Assembly: GCA_036785375.1 (NCBI GenBank)
Contig: JAWMAR010001270.1
Span: forward strand, 62,001 to 126,000
Direction of reading: 5' to 3'
DNA from: Leucoraja ocellata
Lineage: Eukaryota
DNA: 64,000 nt
Shown here: one piece after another, positions 25,515 to 38,200 of the stretch
How positions within the stretch are numbered: position 1 is the stretch's first letter
How the letters are laid out: each line of letters starts with the position of its first letter
The notes under the pieces: generated by a model
The model's input: the letters and a program-made list of their open reading frames with translations, nothing else
Told to the model about the DNA's origin: nothing
Database searches by the model: none
Program-made: the position numbers and the translations under genes

Positions 25515-27040
25515 TAGTGTAGAAATAGCAGGGGCTATGACAGAAATATTTCAAATGTCATTAGAAACGGGAATAGTGCCGGAGGATTGGCGTACTGCGC
25601 ATGTTGTTCCATTGTTTAAAAAGGGGTCTAAGAGTAAACCTAGCAATTATAGACCTGTTAGTTTGACGTCAGTGGTGGGCAAATTAATGGAAAGAATACT
25701 TAGAGATAATATATATAAGCATCTGGATAAACAGGGTCTGATTAGGAACAGTCAACATGGATTTGTGCCTGGAAGGTCTTGTTTAACTAATCTTCTTGAA
25801 TTTTTTGAAGATGTTACACGGGAAATTGATGAGGGTAACGCAGTGGATGTTGTGTATATGGACTTCAGTAAGGCCTTTGACAAGGTTCCTCATGGAAGGT
25901 TGGTTAAGAAGGTTCAATGGTTGGGTATTAATGGTGGAGTAGCAAGATGCATTCAACAGTGGCTGAATGGGAGATGCCAGAGAGTAATGGTGGATGGTTG
26001 TTTGTCAGGTTGGAGGCCAGTGACGAGTGGGGTGCCACAGGGATCTGTGTTGGGTCCACTGTTGTTTGTCATGTACATCAATGATCTGGATGATGGTGTG
26101 GTAAATTGGATTAGTAAGTATGCAGATGATACTAAGATAGGTGGGGTTGCGGGTAATGAAGTAGAGTTTCAAAGTCTACAGAGAGATTTATGCCAGTTGG
26201 AAGAGTGGGCTGAAAGATGGCAGATGGAGTTTAATGCTGATAAGTGTGAGGTGCTACATCTTGGCAGGACAAATCAAAATAGGACGTACATGGTAAATGG
26301 TAGGGAATTGAAGAATGTAGGTGAACAGAGGGATCTGGGAATAACTGTGCACAGTTCCCTGAAAGTGGAATCTCATGTAGATAGGGTGGTAAAGAAAACT
26401 TTTGGTGTGCTGGCCTTTATAAATCAGAGCATTGAGTATAGAAGTTGGGATGTAATGTTAAAATTGTACAAGGCATTGGTGAGGCCAATTCTGGAGCATG
26501 GTGTACAATTTTGGTCGCCTAATTATAGGAAGGATGTCAACAAAATAGAGAGAGTACAGAGGATATTTACTAGAATGTTGCCTGGGTTTCAGCAACTAAG
26601 TTACAGAGAAAGGTTGAACAAGTTAGGGCTTTATTCTTTGGAGCGCAGAAGGTTAAGGGGGGACTTGATAGAGGTTTTTTAAATGATGAGAGGGATAGAC
26701 AGAGTTGACGTGGAAAAGCTTTTCCCACTGAGAGTAGGGAAGATTCAAACAAGGGGACATGACATGGGAATTAAGGGACTGAAGTTTAGGGGTAACATGA
26801 GGGGGAACTTCTTTACTCAGAGAGTGGTAGCTGTGTGGAATGAGCTTCCAGTGAAGGTGGTGGAGGCAGGTTCGTTTTTATCATTTAAAAATAAATTGGA
26901 TAGTTATATGGATGGGAAGGGAATGGAGGGTTATGGTCTGAGCGCAGGTATATGGGACTAGGGGAGATTATGTGTTCGGCACGGACTAGAAGGGTCGAGA
27001 TGCCCTGTTTCCGTGCTGTAATTGTTATATGGTTATATGG
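25515..27040 (+). mobile_element. CR1 family B, 5'-truncated RT (single nonsense TAA at 26680-26682)
   Basis: YADD, GVPQGSVLGP and ATATGGTT tail; absent from copy B. Confidence 0.95.
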
Positions 27041-27045
27041 TAATG

Positions 27046-27735
27046 ATTGAAGGTAGGCATACAGGTGCAGCAGGCAGTAAAGAAAGCGAATGGTATGTTG
27101 GCTTTCGTAGCAAAAGGATTTGAGTATAGGAGCAGGGAGGTTCTACTGCAGTTGTACAGGGTCTTGGTGATACCACACCTGGAGTATTGCGTACAGTTTT
27201 GGTCTCCAAATCTGAGGAAGGACATTATTGTCATAGAGGGAGTGCAGAGAAGGTTCACCAGACTGATTCCTGGGATGTCAGGACTGTCTTATGAAGAAAG
27301 ACTGGATAGACTTGGTTTATACTCTCTAGAATTTAGGAGATTGAGAGGGGATCTTATAGAAACTTACAAAATTCTTAAGGGGTTGGACAGGATAGATGCA
27401 GGAAGCTTGTTCCCGATGTTGGGGAAGTCCAGGACAAGGGGTCACAGCTTAAGGATAAGGGAGAAATCATTTAAAACCGAGATGAGGAGAACTTTTTTCA
27501 CACAGAGAGTGGTGAATCTCTGGTACTCTCTGCCACAGAGGGTAGTTGAGGCCAGTCCATTGGCTATATTTAAGAGGGAGTTAGATGTGGCCCTTGTGGC
27601 CAAGGGGATCAGAGGGTATGGAGAGAAGGCAGGTACGGGATACTGAGTTGGATGATCAGCCATGATCATATTGAATGGCGGTGCATGCTCGAAGGGCCGA
27701 ATGGCACCTAATTTCTATGTTTCTATGTTTCTATG
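27046..27735 (+). mobile_element. CR1 family A 3' fragment directly behind the family B copy
   Basis: Near-identical to 9751-10450; TTTCTATG tail. Confidence 0.95.
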
Positions 27736-29636
27736 ATCTTTTTCAGTATTCGCTTGCGGTGTCACAATATACTTTTCTATTAAACAATGGGAATATACCG
27801 ATGCATTTCCTCAAAATGTGGCAAATAAAATTCTTCAAATCCATTTTGTAAGATTATTATTGGTCCATTGTTGCAGAACAGCCCTTCGCTGACAGTAGCT
27901 TGCAAACATGCACAGAAATCCTTAATTTGTCAGATTTGCCGTGTACTGAGGTTTTCTCGAACTGCCGCTGGTTTCTTTACACTGCTGTCTTCACTAAAAA
28001 AGAAACAACGTGCCGCTTTAAATCTGAGTCCAGTCTTCATTATCTTCAAGACCAGCATCACAAACCGGAATGTTCTTGTTGCAGCTCTTCGTTTGAACGG
28101 TTAATGTGGACAGACTTAAAACCCGAAATTACGCAATCTTTACATGGAAGTTCAAATAGAAGCAGTTTTTTTAGCAATAGTTTAGAGATACAGCGCGGAA
28201 ACAGGCCCTTCGAGTCCGCGCCGACCAGCGATCACCCCGTACATTAGCACTATCCTGCACGCTAGGGACAATTTACAATCTTTACCGAAGCCAATCAACC
28301 TACGAACATGTACGTCTTTGGAATGTGGGCGGAAACCGGAGCGCCCAGAGAAAGCCCAAGCCAGTCATGGGACGAACGTACAAACTCCATACAGACAGCA
28401 CCCGCAGTCGGGATCGAACCCAGGTCTCTGGCGCTGTAAGTGCAGCAACTCTACTACTGCGATACGGTCCTGCCCGATTTCAGTAATTTAAAAAATATCC
28501 AGAGAATTACTGTGTATATTTGGAATATTGTGCCCTTCCATTGAACGGCACAAGGTCTCTAAATGAGGCGCATCAAACATTTAAATTACACGAAAATTAC
28601 TTAACCATTTGGTCTACAACAGGTTTCTGCTCGTGCAATTTAATGTGTGTTCTGAAGCCAAAATCATTGATTTGGGCAGAGGGATGTGAGTATAACCACG
28701 ATACGGGGAAAACATAAAGAGTTCAAACCGCCTCGCTCACCACTTTGGCTTCTTGCCTGTAGTCCAAACTTTAAGTGATCCTTAATTTCTACGATTTCTT
28801 GAAACAATACTTTGGAGGAAATTATAAGATTAACAGTTTGGTTTAAATCTCCCTAATTTATATTGGCCCATTCGATTAATTTACAGCCCCTATTCTCCTG
28901 TGTTGTGTGGATGTCAACAGCATAAGTTGATTGCTCTACTGGGCATTATCGGAAGAAAAAACATAGATTTCATTCATACGTTAGCTGTCGCGGCTTGGCG
29001 CCAATCTTCTGCTGGACTCCCCATAGAATATTGCTGCAATTGTGTTTATGAAAATAGTAGAAATATTAGTTAACAAAAACCAGCATGGAGATTTGGTTTT
29101 GTAGGAATAGCAACCGGAGTTAGTGATAAAGCGTCAGATGGAAACATAATCAATAGAAAGCTGCGGATGGCGATGGTGAGGGCTGAACAGGAAGAAACGA
29201 AAAGGGTGATTGTTGTTTGAATGTATATAATCGAAAGAGCGAAGGAGCACAACACACATTGGGAAGGGGGGGGGGGGGGGAGAGATTCAAGGGAAGGTGG
29301 GTGTCTACGTTTGTGCATCTAAATATTCACAAGCACTCCTTACCTTCTACGCGGAAACGATTTGTGACAATTAACTGAGTAGGCAGCTGATGCAAATTTA
29401 ATTCCGAGTAAAAATGTGGATGCTACGGGAGGAAGTTGTGAACATGTTTCAGGAAGTATTGGAAGGCTTTGTTACAATGGGAATGGGCCGAACTATGACC
29501 TCTCCCGCCGCACGAGCCACAGTCGTGGGATATATATTACGTCACGGTCACGTTTCATATATTTACTCATAATTTCCTTTTCCGCAGAGCAAGTTTTGAG
29601 TAAACTAACAACAAGTTGGCAATTTATTCTTGTAAT

Positions 29637-32600
29637 ATGTCGGTGAAAGTTAGAGTTTGGTCCATGGCTCTTCTGGTCATACTAACGCAGGGTATAGTTA
29701 AAATGTGTGCCATTTCTGGTCTAAGTATTATTTTACGAAAATTCGAGCTATTAGGTTCATCTATTTGGCCCTCGTGGGTTTATAGTTGTTTCGTGCTTTT
29801 CGACAGTTGGTTCCTGTTTTCTCTGTCCAGTGTTTACAAATGTTTCAATTGTTCTTGCATTTTTCCCGACAGCTACCGAAGTCTATCCGACCAGAGTGTC
29901 CCAATTCCCTGTCAACTTGGACGTTGGCGGCGGTGAACACGCTATCATGTATTGCAAATTTCCAATATCGAAAGGCGATATTGGCGTTAATTGGTGGAGG
30001 GACGGCATGAAGACATTCCTTGAACCGGACAGTAGAAAACAATTTACCATAGATTCTGGAAGCGGAACATTTACTTTCCAACATGTGCGTGTAGCTGACT
30101 CCGGCCTGTATTACTGTCAAGTAAAGTTCCAGCAGAAGGTTATCGGAAATGGAAGTGGCAGCCTGATCACCGTATTTGGTGAGTGTGTGTGTTAGGGAAA
30201 TAAGCAAGTTTCAGTTCTATGTCATTTGTAAAGTCTAGTCGGGAGGACAATGTGAAAAATCGCCTGTTGATAAATATCCAGTAATAACAATTTTAAATTA
30301 CAGGGACCAGTAATTCAAAATAAAACAAAGCACAATGGACATAACCAGCAGGTCGAGTCGCACTTGTGGGACGCGTGGGTATTGAGGGTTATTCTGTTCA
30401 TTGTACGATACTTTGCGAGACTCCTTTTCATTGCCGCTATGAATGGGCGCAGCCCATTCATTTAGCGGTCCCGAATTTTAAGCCAATCTCCCAGATGGAT
30501 TTATCGCTAAGAACGGGTAAATGCTGAGATGGAAGGAATTAATTCTGAGGTGTGGTTAGAAATGTTTTGCAATGAGATATTGAAATAATATTCCTGTTAG
30601 TTTGAGTGGTTGGAGTGTGATGTCCAGGTTTCTCATCACTAAGAAAAGAGAGTAGGAGCAATTTTAATACGTCGATGGTAGAGTCTGTCATGCCTCTATT
30701 CTACATCGACAGCTTTAGAACCTCATAAGACCAATGTGCTGCTGCAACCCAAGGACCTTGGTCTTCCAACATGTGGGACTCATCGCTGCTGATTCCAAGC
30801 TGACTTCAATGAAATCTTTTTTCTTTTTTTTGACATCGCTTGACACTAATTTTGTCAGGCATAACCTCAGTCTATTCAACCAATTTGGCAACGTACGGGG
30901 GGAAAAAAGAAGTAAACAACATCTCAAATGAAATTATTTAAAGTCCGGGAATAAACAGTAACATTTATTTCATCATTAAAGATTATCCTGATTAAGTGAA
31001 TTAAGTCAAGCTTTCTAAAGATTTGTAATAAACGGACAATGCAACCCAACAATCAACTCTCCGTCCAGTTAGACACCGGCTGCAGCTCGTACGGAAGGAG
31101 TTCGCGTTAATAAATGCCAAATATAGGGCCTTTTACGTGCAGACCTAAATGAGTAGAATCTGCACAGCGGGAAACAGAGCTTGTTATTTTCCATCGTTTG
31201 GCTTCTGCAAGCTATCATCATTAACGCCGATCTAACGTTGTCGATTCACTGCCGCCAAGTTGGCACAACAGATGGAACTGATTTGTATAGAGACACAAAA
31301 TGCTGGAGTAACTCAGCGGGGCAGGCAGCATCTCTGGGTAGAAGGAATGAGTGACGTTTGGGGTCGATACCCTTCTTCAAACCTCGATCCGAAACGTCAC
31401 CCATTCCTTCTCCGAAGAGATGTTGCCTGTCCCGCTGAGTTACTGCAACATATATTCGGTTTAAACCAGCATCTGCAGTTCTTTCCTACATACTGATATT
31501 GAATAAGTGCGCTCGTAAATTGCTTGTAATAGAAACCACGGTGTTTCACTATAAGCATTCAATGCGCGAGAAAGGTGTTCCAGCACTTGGTTCACATGCA
31601 GGTAAATGGTTGTGATCGGCATTTCAAACCCATATCTGGTTCTGGTTCTGGTTGATTACTGCGCAAACACGTGATAAGTGGTTATCTCCCGCATGTCGGA
31701 GTGAGTAGAGTAGAGTAGTGATTAAATGTTGAAGTGGGTGTTTTTGACCAGGGTGAGAAGATTTAATCCATATACTACTTAAAGTGCTAACGGGATTCAT
31801 CATTAATCTTCATGTATAACCGCTTCCTGTCACCACACTATACGAATCTGTTATATTTCGATTATGATGGCTCCATTTCTTTTGCAACATATGAATGATC
31901 CGAACATGGCCACTTTTAAATAATCACGGCAGGCTTCTGGCAAAAGCTTTCGCGCGATACCGGGGAACGTCCATTCAGAACAGAGTTTATTTTGGAACTC
32001 CTTAAATTCTGTTGGCACTCCTTAAATTCACCCTCTTTGTATGTTGGCGGAGTTCGTCCGGGTGTCCGCTAGGAAAGGGAGTATAAATGAACGACAAACT
32101 GGGAAGTTTAAATATTAAATAATTTGGTCTTGCCAAATACGACTCGGTGGCGAGATAAAATGTAAATATTTACAATGAAATGGAAAGCGAACACCCGATA
32201 TTTTTTTTTCTTTGCTTAAGATCCCCCAACTCCCTTGACAATTGTTCCTGCTGAAGGACATGGCTCTCCACGGAAACTTGTGTGCAAAACTGACGCCTTT
32301 TATCCGGAGAAATTAGAAATATTCTGGCTAAGAAATAACGAGGAAATTCGCACTGGAATCGAAACTGTGAAAAATCAGAGCGAAGAAGGATTGTTTGTGG
32401 CTACTAGTTCTTTGGAAATAACGCAGCCTGGGGAGGGCAAAGATATTTACACCTGTCTGGTATCACATGTCTCCCTGAAGGTGGCGGCCAGTTTCAGTTA
32501 TACCCTGGGCCAAGGTAAGACTGGAGCCAGTTACACATGATATTGGGGCGGTAGATCAAATTCGATCAGATTAATAACTGGACAGCTTTCCGTACACGGA

Positions 32601-35258
32601 GCGAAAGGTAAATGTGGCTCGCATTTGTTCGCATGAAAGCAACACTTGTATGCTGTATAAAATGAATTGCAGTCCATCAGTTCTTGTAAGGAAATCCGTG
32701 TGAGATGAATTGACAAACTGAATTGATATAGTGTTTGTAATGAGCAAAAACGTCCTGGGATATGCGGTATTCCGCTGTCTGGTGAAATATATGAAGATAA
32801 AACCTAAATTCCGTTTAACGTTAGTAAGCAGCTTTCCACACATGGGCACAATACAACGGCAATTGTTTGTCCTGTGGATTCCATTACTAACTTCCACCTG
32901 GTGCCGCATGATATACCTTCCAAACTTTCCGATGTGGGTATTAAAATGCACCTACGAAATGATTTACCTTCTTGACTGCCGTTTGTATATTTGTTCTGAA
33001 ATGTATAAATTCTTTACAGTTTCTTAATTTTCAGTTGCTTCATCAGGAATTGATCGCAAACAGATTATCGTATATGCAGTAGGTGGATCAGTACTTTTAA
33101 TTCTGATTATAATCGTGATAAGACTCAGTTTAAAGATGTGGCCCGGTAAGAATCTTGATAATTTACAATAATCATTTCTATGGTTAAAAACAGCATGGAT
33201 ATGTCAATGGTGTTTGCTCAAAGAGATTTCTGAAGCCGGTTTTGATATATGTCTGTGATAATATATGATGGATCTTCAAATTCAATTATATCAGCTTGGA
33301 ATTGGATTATTCAATTATCACCTTTGCATATATTTTCAAATATAAGGAATTATTCAAACATCCAGTGTGATGGATAATGAGTGCAATGGAAGATTACGAT
33401 TTTGAAGAAAAAACAACTGTGGTTTTCTGTGGCAATGAACAAAACCAATCATCTCCTTATTTTTACATTACATTGCTGTTTTGACATGGACACAATTCCT
33501 TATAAACCATCACAATGTTAAAGTTTCAGTTAAGATTTAGGTCCAGTGGGCGCAACATCACGAAAGGGTACATAGGAACATAGAAAATAGGTGCAGGAGT
33601 AGGCCCGTGTTTATTCGTAATGAGAGAACAATGTTTCAAAATCACAAATCAATCATGGAGCAAGAAGCTCAAAGGCTAATAAACCATTGAGGTGTTCTGT
33701 GATATCGCTAAATTCCTAAATGTTTATAAATTTCTATATATTATATCATTCACGTTTTTCCTGTTTCTCTCTTGATCCATAAGTTGCAGATAAAAACCTA
33801 ATTATCGGATGCGCAGTGGGTGTGTTGGCAGTTTTAGTTTTGGTCATTATCTTGATAAGACTCCAAGTAAAGGCACAAAATGGTGAGAATTATACATATT
33901 TTACACTATTCTCGGTATTAATCATAATGGTGGTTAAAAAACCAAGGGCAGTAAATGCTATTCGATTGCAAAACAATAAAATAATTGAGAATAAAGCTGA
34001 CCATTAACAATGACAAAAATAAAACTTAAGATATAAATCTTACATCTTCCCATGTCAATGAATGTTTCAATCGTCGTAGATTTTTGTTGTCTCCATCGGT
34101 TACTGAATTCACCGAAATTCGGTAGTGGTGCCGAAGCCGAGGGATATTAAGCAGAGTGCAGTGATAACACTTTCAATCTACCAAGTTTGGAATGGGGTCA
34201 AGGAAAGAGCGTTCACGCCCGGCCCTGCTTTCACCAATCTTTCCACCACTACGCACTTGAAGCACAAGAACAGACACCATTGTATGCAGATGCCGAGGCG
34301 TGTGTTCAGCTCTGGTTGAACAACTTCTAATCTTGTGTGTGGTCTCGATAAGAAGAGTACGCAATGTTGGATGATTTCAGCCCAAGGACAATATGAACAA
34401 CTCTTATTTCCTAGCGACCGTTGATTTCCTGACAATTGTGCAGGCAGGTTCAACGTAGAATTTGCCCCATGGGAATATAGGTTAAATTGTCTATCAGCGA
34501 ATCTTAAAATTGTACTTTGCATTATCAGCATATTTAATACGTAATATTAAATGTTTGCTACTTTAAATCTACTATTCGTCTGCCCCCTTAAGCAGATTCC
34601 ATTTACGTTCATACAAATGATCGGCAATAACGAAGAAAGCTAATGTTGTTCTGTGGGCCAGGAATGATTAGTAGCACCGAAGGTCAACACTAAGTGAAAT
34701 CAGGGAAAGAAAATTAATGAAGAATGGCCAAAAAATATCTGATAACAGTATCCAATTGGCAGATCACTGGAAGATCGCTAACTCAACCAAACAAAACTAA
34801 AACACAGAATAATCCATCCCAGCAGTAGCGCGCAATACAGTTTTAGAATAAACTACTGTTTTCTCAACTCATTAGAAGCAGTTCCCCAACTTGCAGTAAA
34901 GCACTTTTAATCCCGTGCCCGTGTATCATTAAAGGTGACGGATAGCAATTCCATATTTGTTTGCACGTCGGTGCAGTCTCATGGATTAGTATGAATCCTG
35001 AAGTGTATATACATTCTCTATGAGACTGGTAGTATTTTGTTTCAAAATCGTATTCTTTGTGCCACCAGAGGGTAATTGACTAATGGCCGATATAAATTAC
35101 TTTCACAGACTAAAGATGATAGATTCTACGTTATATCATGTCGATTTGCAGTTACTCAACTCCAATCAGCAGTAACATTTAACCAGAAAGAGGAACATGT
35201 ACCTTATGCAGATGGAAATGTTTTAAAGAAGGAGCGAAGCTGGAAATCGAAGCTGTAG
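29637..35258 (+). CDS. G3: chimeric VJ-C1 receptor: L 29637-29691, V 29873-30178, C1 32221-32514, TM-a 33047-33145, TM-b 33784-33882 (G2-derived), G2-derived terminal exon 35109-35258; probably tailless
   Basis: L, V, C1 and both TM exons are open with canonical splice sites. Sequence after 33604 is a copy of the G2 3' half. The actual 3' splicing is uncertain. Confidence 0.75.
29873..30178 (+). CDS. G3 V-J Ig exon
   Basis: MYC...VNWW...DSGLYYC...IGNGSGSLITVF; cgacag| and G|gtgagt; 306 nt. Confidence 0.95.
32221..32514 (+). CDS. G3 C1 exon
   Basis: LVCKTDAFYPEKLEIFW...YTCLVSHVSL; ttaag| and G|gtaaga. Confidence 0.95.
33047..33145 (+). CDS. G3 TM-a exon GIDRKQIIVYAVGGSVLLILIIIVIRLSLKMWP
   Basis: 99 nt, phase 1-1; paralog of 47521-47619. 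Confidence 0.85.
33784..33882 (+). CDS. G3 TM-b exon VADKNLIIGCAVGVLAVLVLVIILIRLQVKAQN (duplicate of G2 TM)
   Basis: 99 nt, ataag| and G|gtgaga; near-identical to 18398-18496. Confidence 0.75.
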
Positions 35259-38200
35259 ACTGTGAATAATTGCAGGCGGAAATATTGCTACTTTCTGATC
35301 ATTGCAGCCAAGCTAATGAACTCCCATGGTAACAATCGTGGGAGCTGCAGGTCGTTTTCACCTGCATTGAGGCAATGTTTTGGTGTAAGTGACTATCATC
35401 TAACAAGCATCCAACGCTTCCATTTCTGAAAGCAGGGATGAAAGTGCCAGTTTGCATTTGTTGTAAATTTTAAAAATCGTGTTTGTTTATTTTACTTCTG
35501 TTCTCAAATGTGATTAATTTCGCTGGAGCTTTGTGAAGAAACTATGGCCACGTCCGTTCGTGATAACATGTCACTTAATGATGTCTGATTTAAAAAAACC
35601 CGCCGATTATTCAGTTGTGCAACCAATATATTTTCCCTTCATTAAATTCCATGCTTTTTCAATGCACCTGAGCCTTTGTCCTCTCATTTGTTTCGAAATG
35701 CACTAACGTCAACACAAACCAGAGAAGGAAATCCGAAGAAACCCATCAACCAATCAAGTGCACTACCATTGAATACACTTGTAATGAAATGGAATTAGTC
35801 AGTCACGTGATGATAGCCTGGCGGAGCAAAGCGCCTCAGTGACGTCAGTGGCATAGCCACCTACAGTGGAACAGAAGATGTAAGTTCTGCACGGATGGAT
35901 CCCGTCTTCCATTTGCCCAGACATTACTGTTGGTAACTTCATATGTTCCACGTAAAAAGCAAAGCAAATCAGTACGTGCATCAGCATGTAGTGACTGGAA
36001 GCACCAGCAGACCTTGGCGGACTGAGCGCTCGTGTTCTGAGATACCCCCCCCCCCCCCCCCACCACCCCCCCCCCCCCCCAACCCCACCCGGAGACACAC
36101 ACACAGACACACACACACACACAGACGCGCGCATACACACACACCCTTCCCTTTTTACATATACAACCGCCGCCTTCTCGACATGACAATTTCACCCATC
36201 ATCTGCATCCACCTATCACTGGATCGGTTTCGTCCCACCCCAGGTATCTTCCAGCTTAATCCACATTATTCTGAAGAAGGGTTCTAATCTGACACGTCGT
36301 CTGTCCATTCCCTCCGCAGATGCTGCATCGCCTGCTGAGTTCCTCCACCGCTTTGCTGTTTTTCTCAAGATCCCAGCAATGGCAGTCTCAAATATCTTAA
36401 TGTGTAGTAACCGTCCATGCAGCTCCCTGCGGACTGTGTTCTGGATGCTGAAACAGTGCGCCCACTTGTCACTGTATTCATCCTGTACGTCCCATTATGA
36501 AATCAATCAGCAAAATAGATGGAAAACTAATGTCATTTAATCAAATACGATTGATTCGTATTGGATGAATTATGATTTTCAACAGATCCTGATAATTAAT
36601 TACGAAAAATATATGGTGTCACAAGAGACTGAAGGCGCTGGAATCTTGAACTGCAAGAAATCAGCAGGCAGGCAAAATCTGTTGAGGCAAATGGAGAGAT
36701 GACCTTGCGGATTGGATCCCGTCTTCAGACTGACCTTCAGAAATGTATGTCACTTGGTCACTTACATAGGCAGATTTCTGTTTACATTAAATCCATTGTG
36801 CTGTATTCAACTAAAGGTGTGAATTAAATCGTCCACACTGGGTGGTGTGGCAACTTACTAATATCAAGACTGTGCACAAATTGCAAACGGTTTATGATTC
36901 TTTCCACTGATGCACCTATGACTTAGTGAAATAATGTGAATGCCAGAGTGTGCCAAGGGCCATATGTATAATCTTGCTCTTGGGATGATGTAGCAATTTA
37001 TTCGTGTTTGCCTATCCCTTCTCGCTTCTCAATAGCGTGATTTCCCCTTATCTGAAATTATAATCTACTGCTCTTGTGAATAGTTTAATAACATTAACTC
37101 TTGTGAATGAGTTTAACTTGTCAGAAGGTCATAAGTGATAGGAATAGAATTAGGCCATTCGTCCCATCAAGTCTACTCCGCCATTCAATCATGGGTGATC
37201 TATCTCTCCCTCCTAACTCCACTCTCCTGTCATCTCCCCATAACCCCTGACACCTGAATTTCCATGAACTTGTGCCACCGACTCAAGCAGCGGGCCGCAC
37301 CTGCAAATCTGGATAATTTATTTCAAAATCAACTATCCACAAGATTGACCAGGCCAATTAACTGCAAATTCTCTTCGCTAGGTACTATTCCTAATGACCA
37401 CAGGAAATCGATTTCCCACAGTTTAGGAGCGAAGCATAAACCTCCACATAAACCTACCAGATCTCCCATTACTAAACACTTTAACACCCCCATCAGCGTG
37501 GGGCTCAGTGCAAATTGGAGGAAGAGCACCGACTATTTCGCTTGGGAAGCTTACCCCACAGCGGTATGAATATTGACCTCCAACTTCAAGTAACCCACCA
37601 CTCAACAAATACCAATATTGGTGGCCAATGGGGTGGGGGGCTTTCTGGAGCGCTAGTATGGTGTTGTGGTCTGAAGGGACTGGTTTCCAGAGGGCTAGTA
37701 TGGACATAGTGGACCGAATGGATTCTTGGGCTGGCGGCTTGGTCACACATGCCTGTTGTGCTGGCAGCTCACTCACTCACGGCTGGTGGGCTGGCAGTTG
37801 ACTCACTGCTATTCCTTGAAATTCCATTTCAAGCAGGGTGCAAGGCCACCAAATTCAAGTGCAGTTTCATACCATTTCAAGCAGGGTGCAAGGCCACTAA
37901 AGACAGCAGTCGTGACCTCTCCCTCCTCCATCTTGCAGAGACTGAGCCACGCCCACACTTCTGGGTTTTATAGTCCCTCCCACCCCCCTCCCACCAGAAG
38001 GGGCGTCGCCTTCATGGCGTGATTAACAGGCGAGAGAATATCAACATTTTTTTAAACACTAATAATAACTCTTTTATTTTTCATTAATGGGAAAAATCCT
38101 CGGCACCTGATTAGTGGAGGGGTACTCTGAGTAAGATGTCCAAAAATCACAGCCGTACGTGGTAGCATTGTTTCTAAAATCAATACAAAGCGTAAACGGG

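Larger units (their letters stand above)
17690..33572 (+). repeat. Tandem segmental duplication, copy A
   Basis: Colinear near-identity with 33604-48080, from cccgtgtttattcgtaatg to catcacgaaag(g/a)gtaca. Confidence 0.95.
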
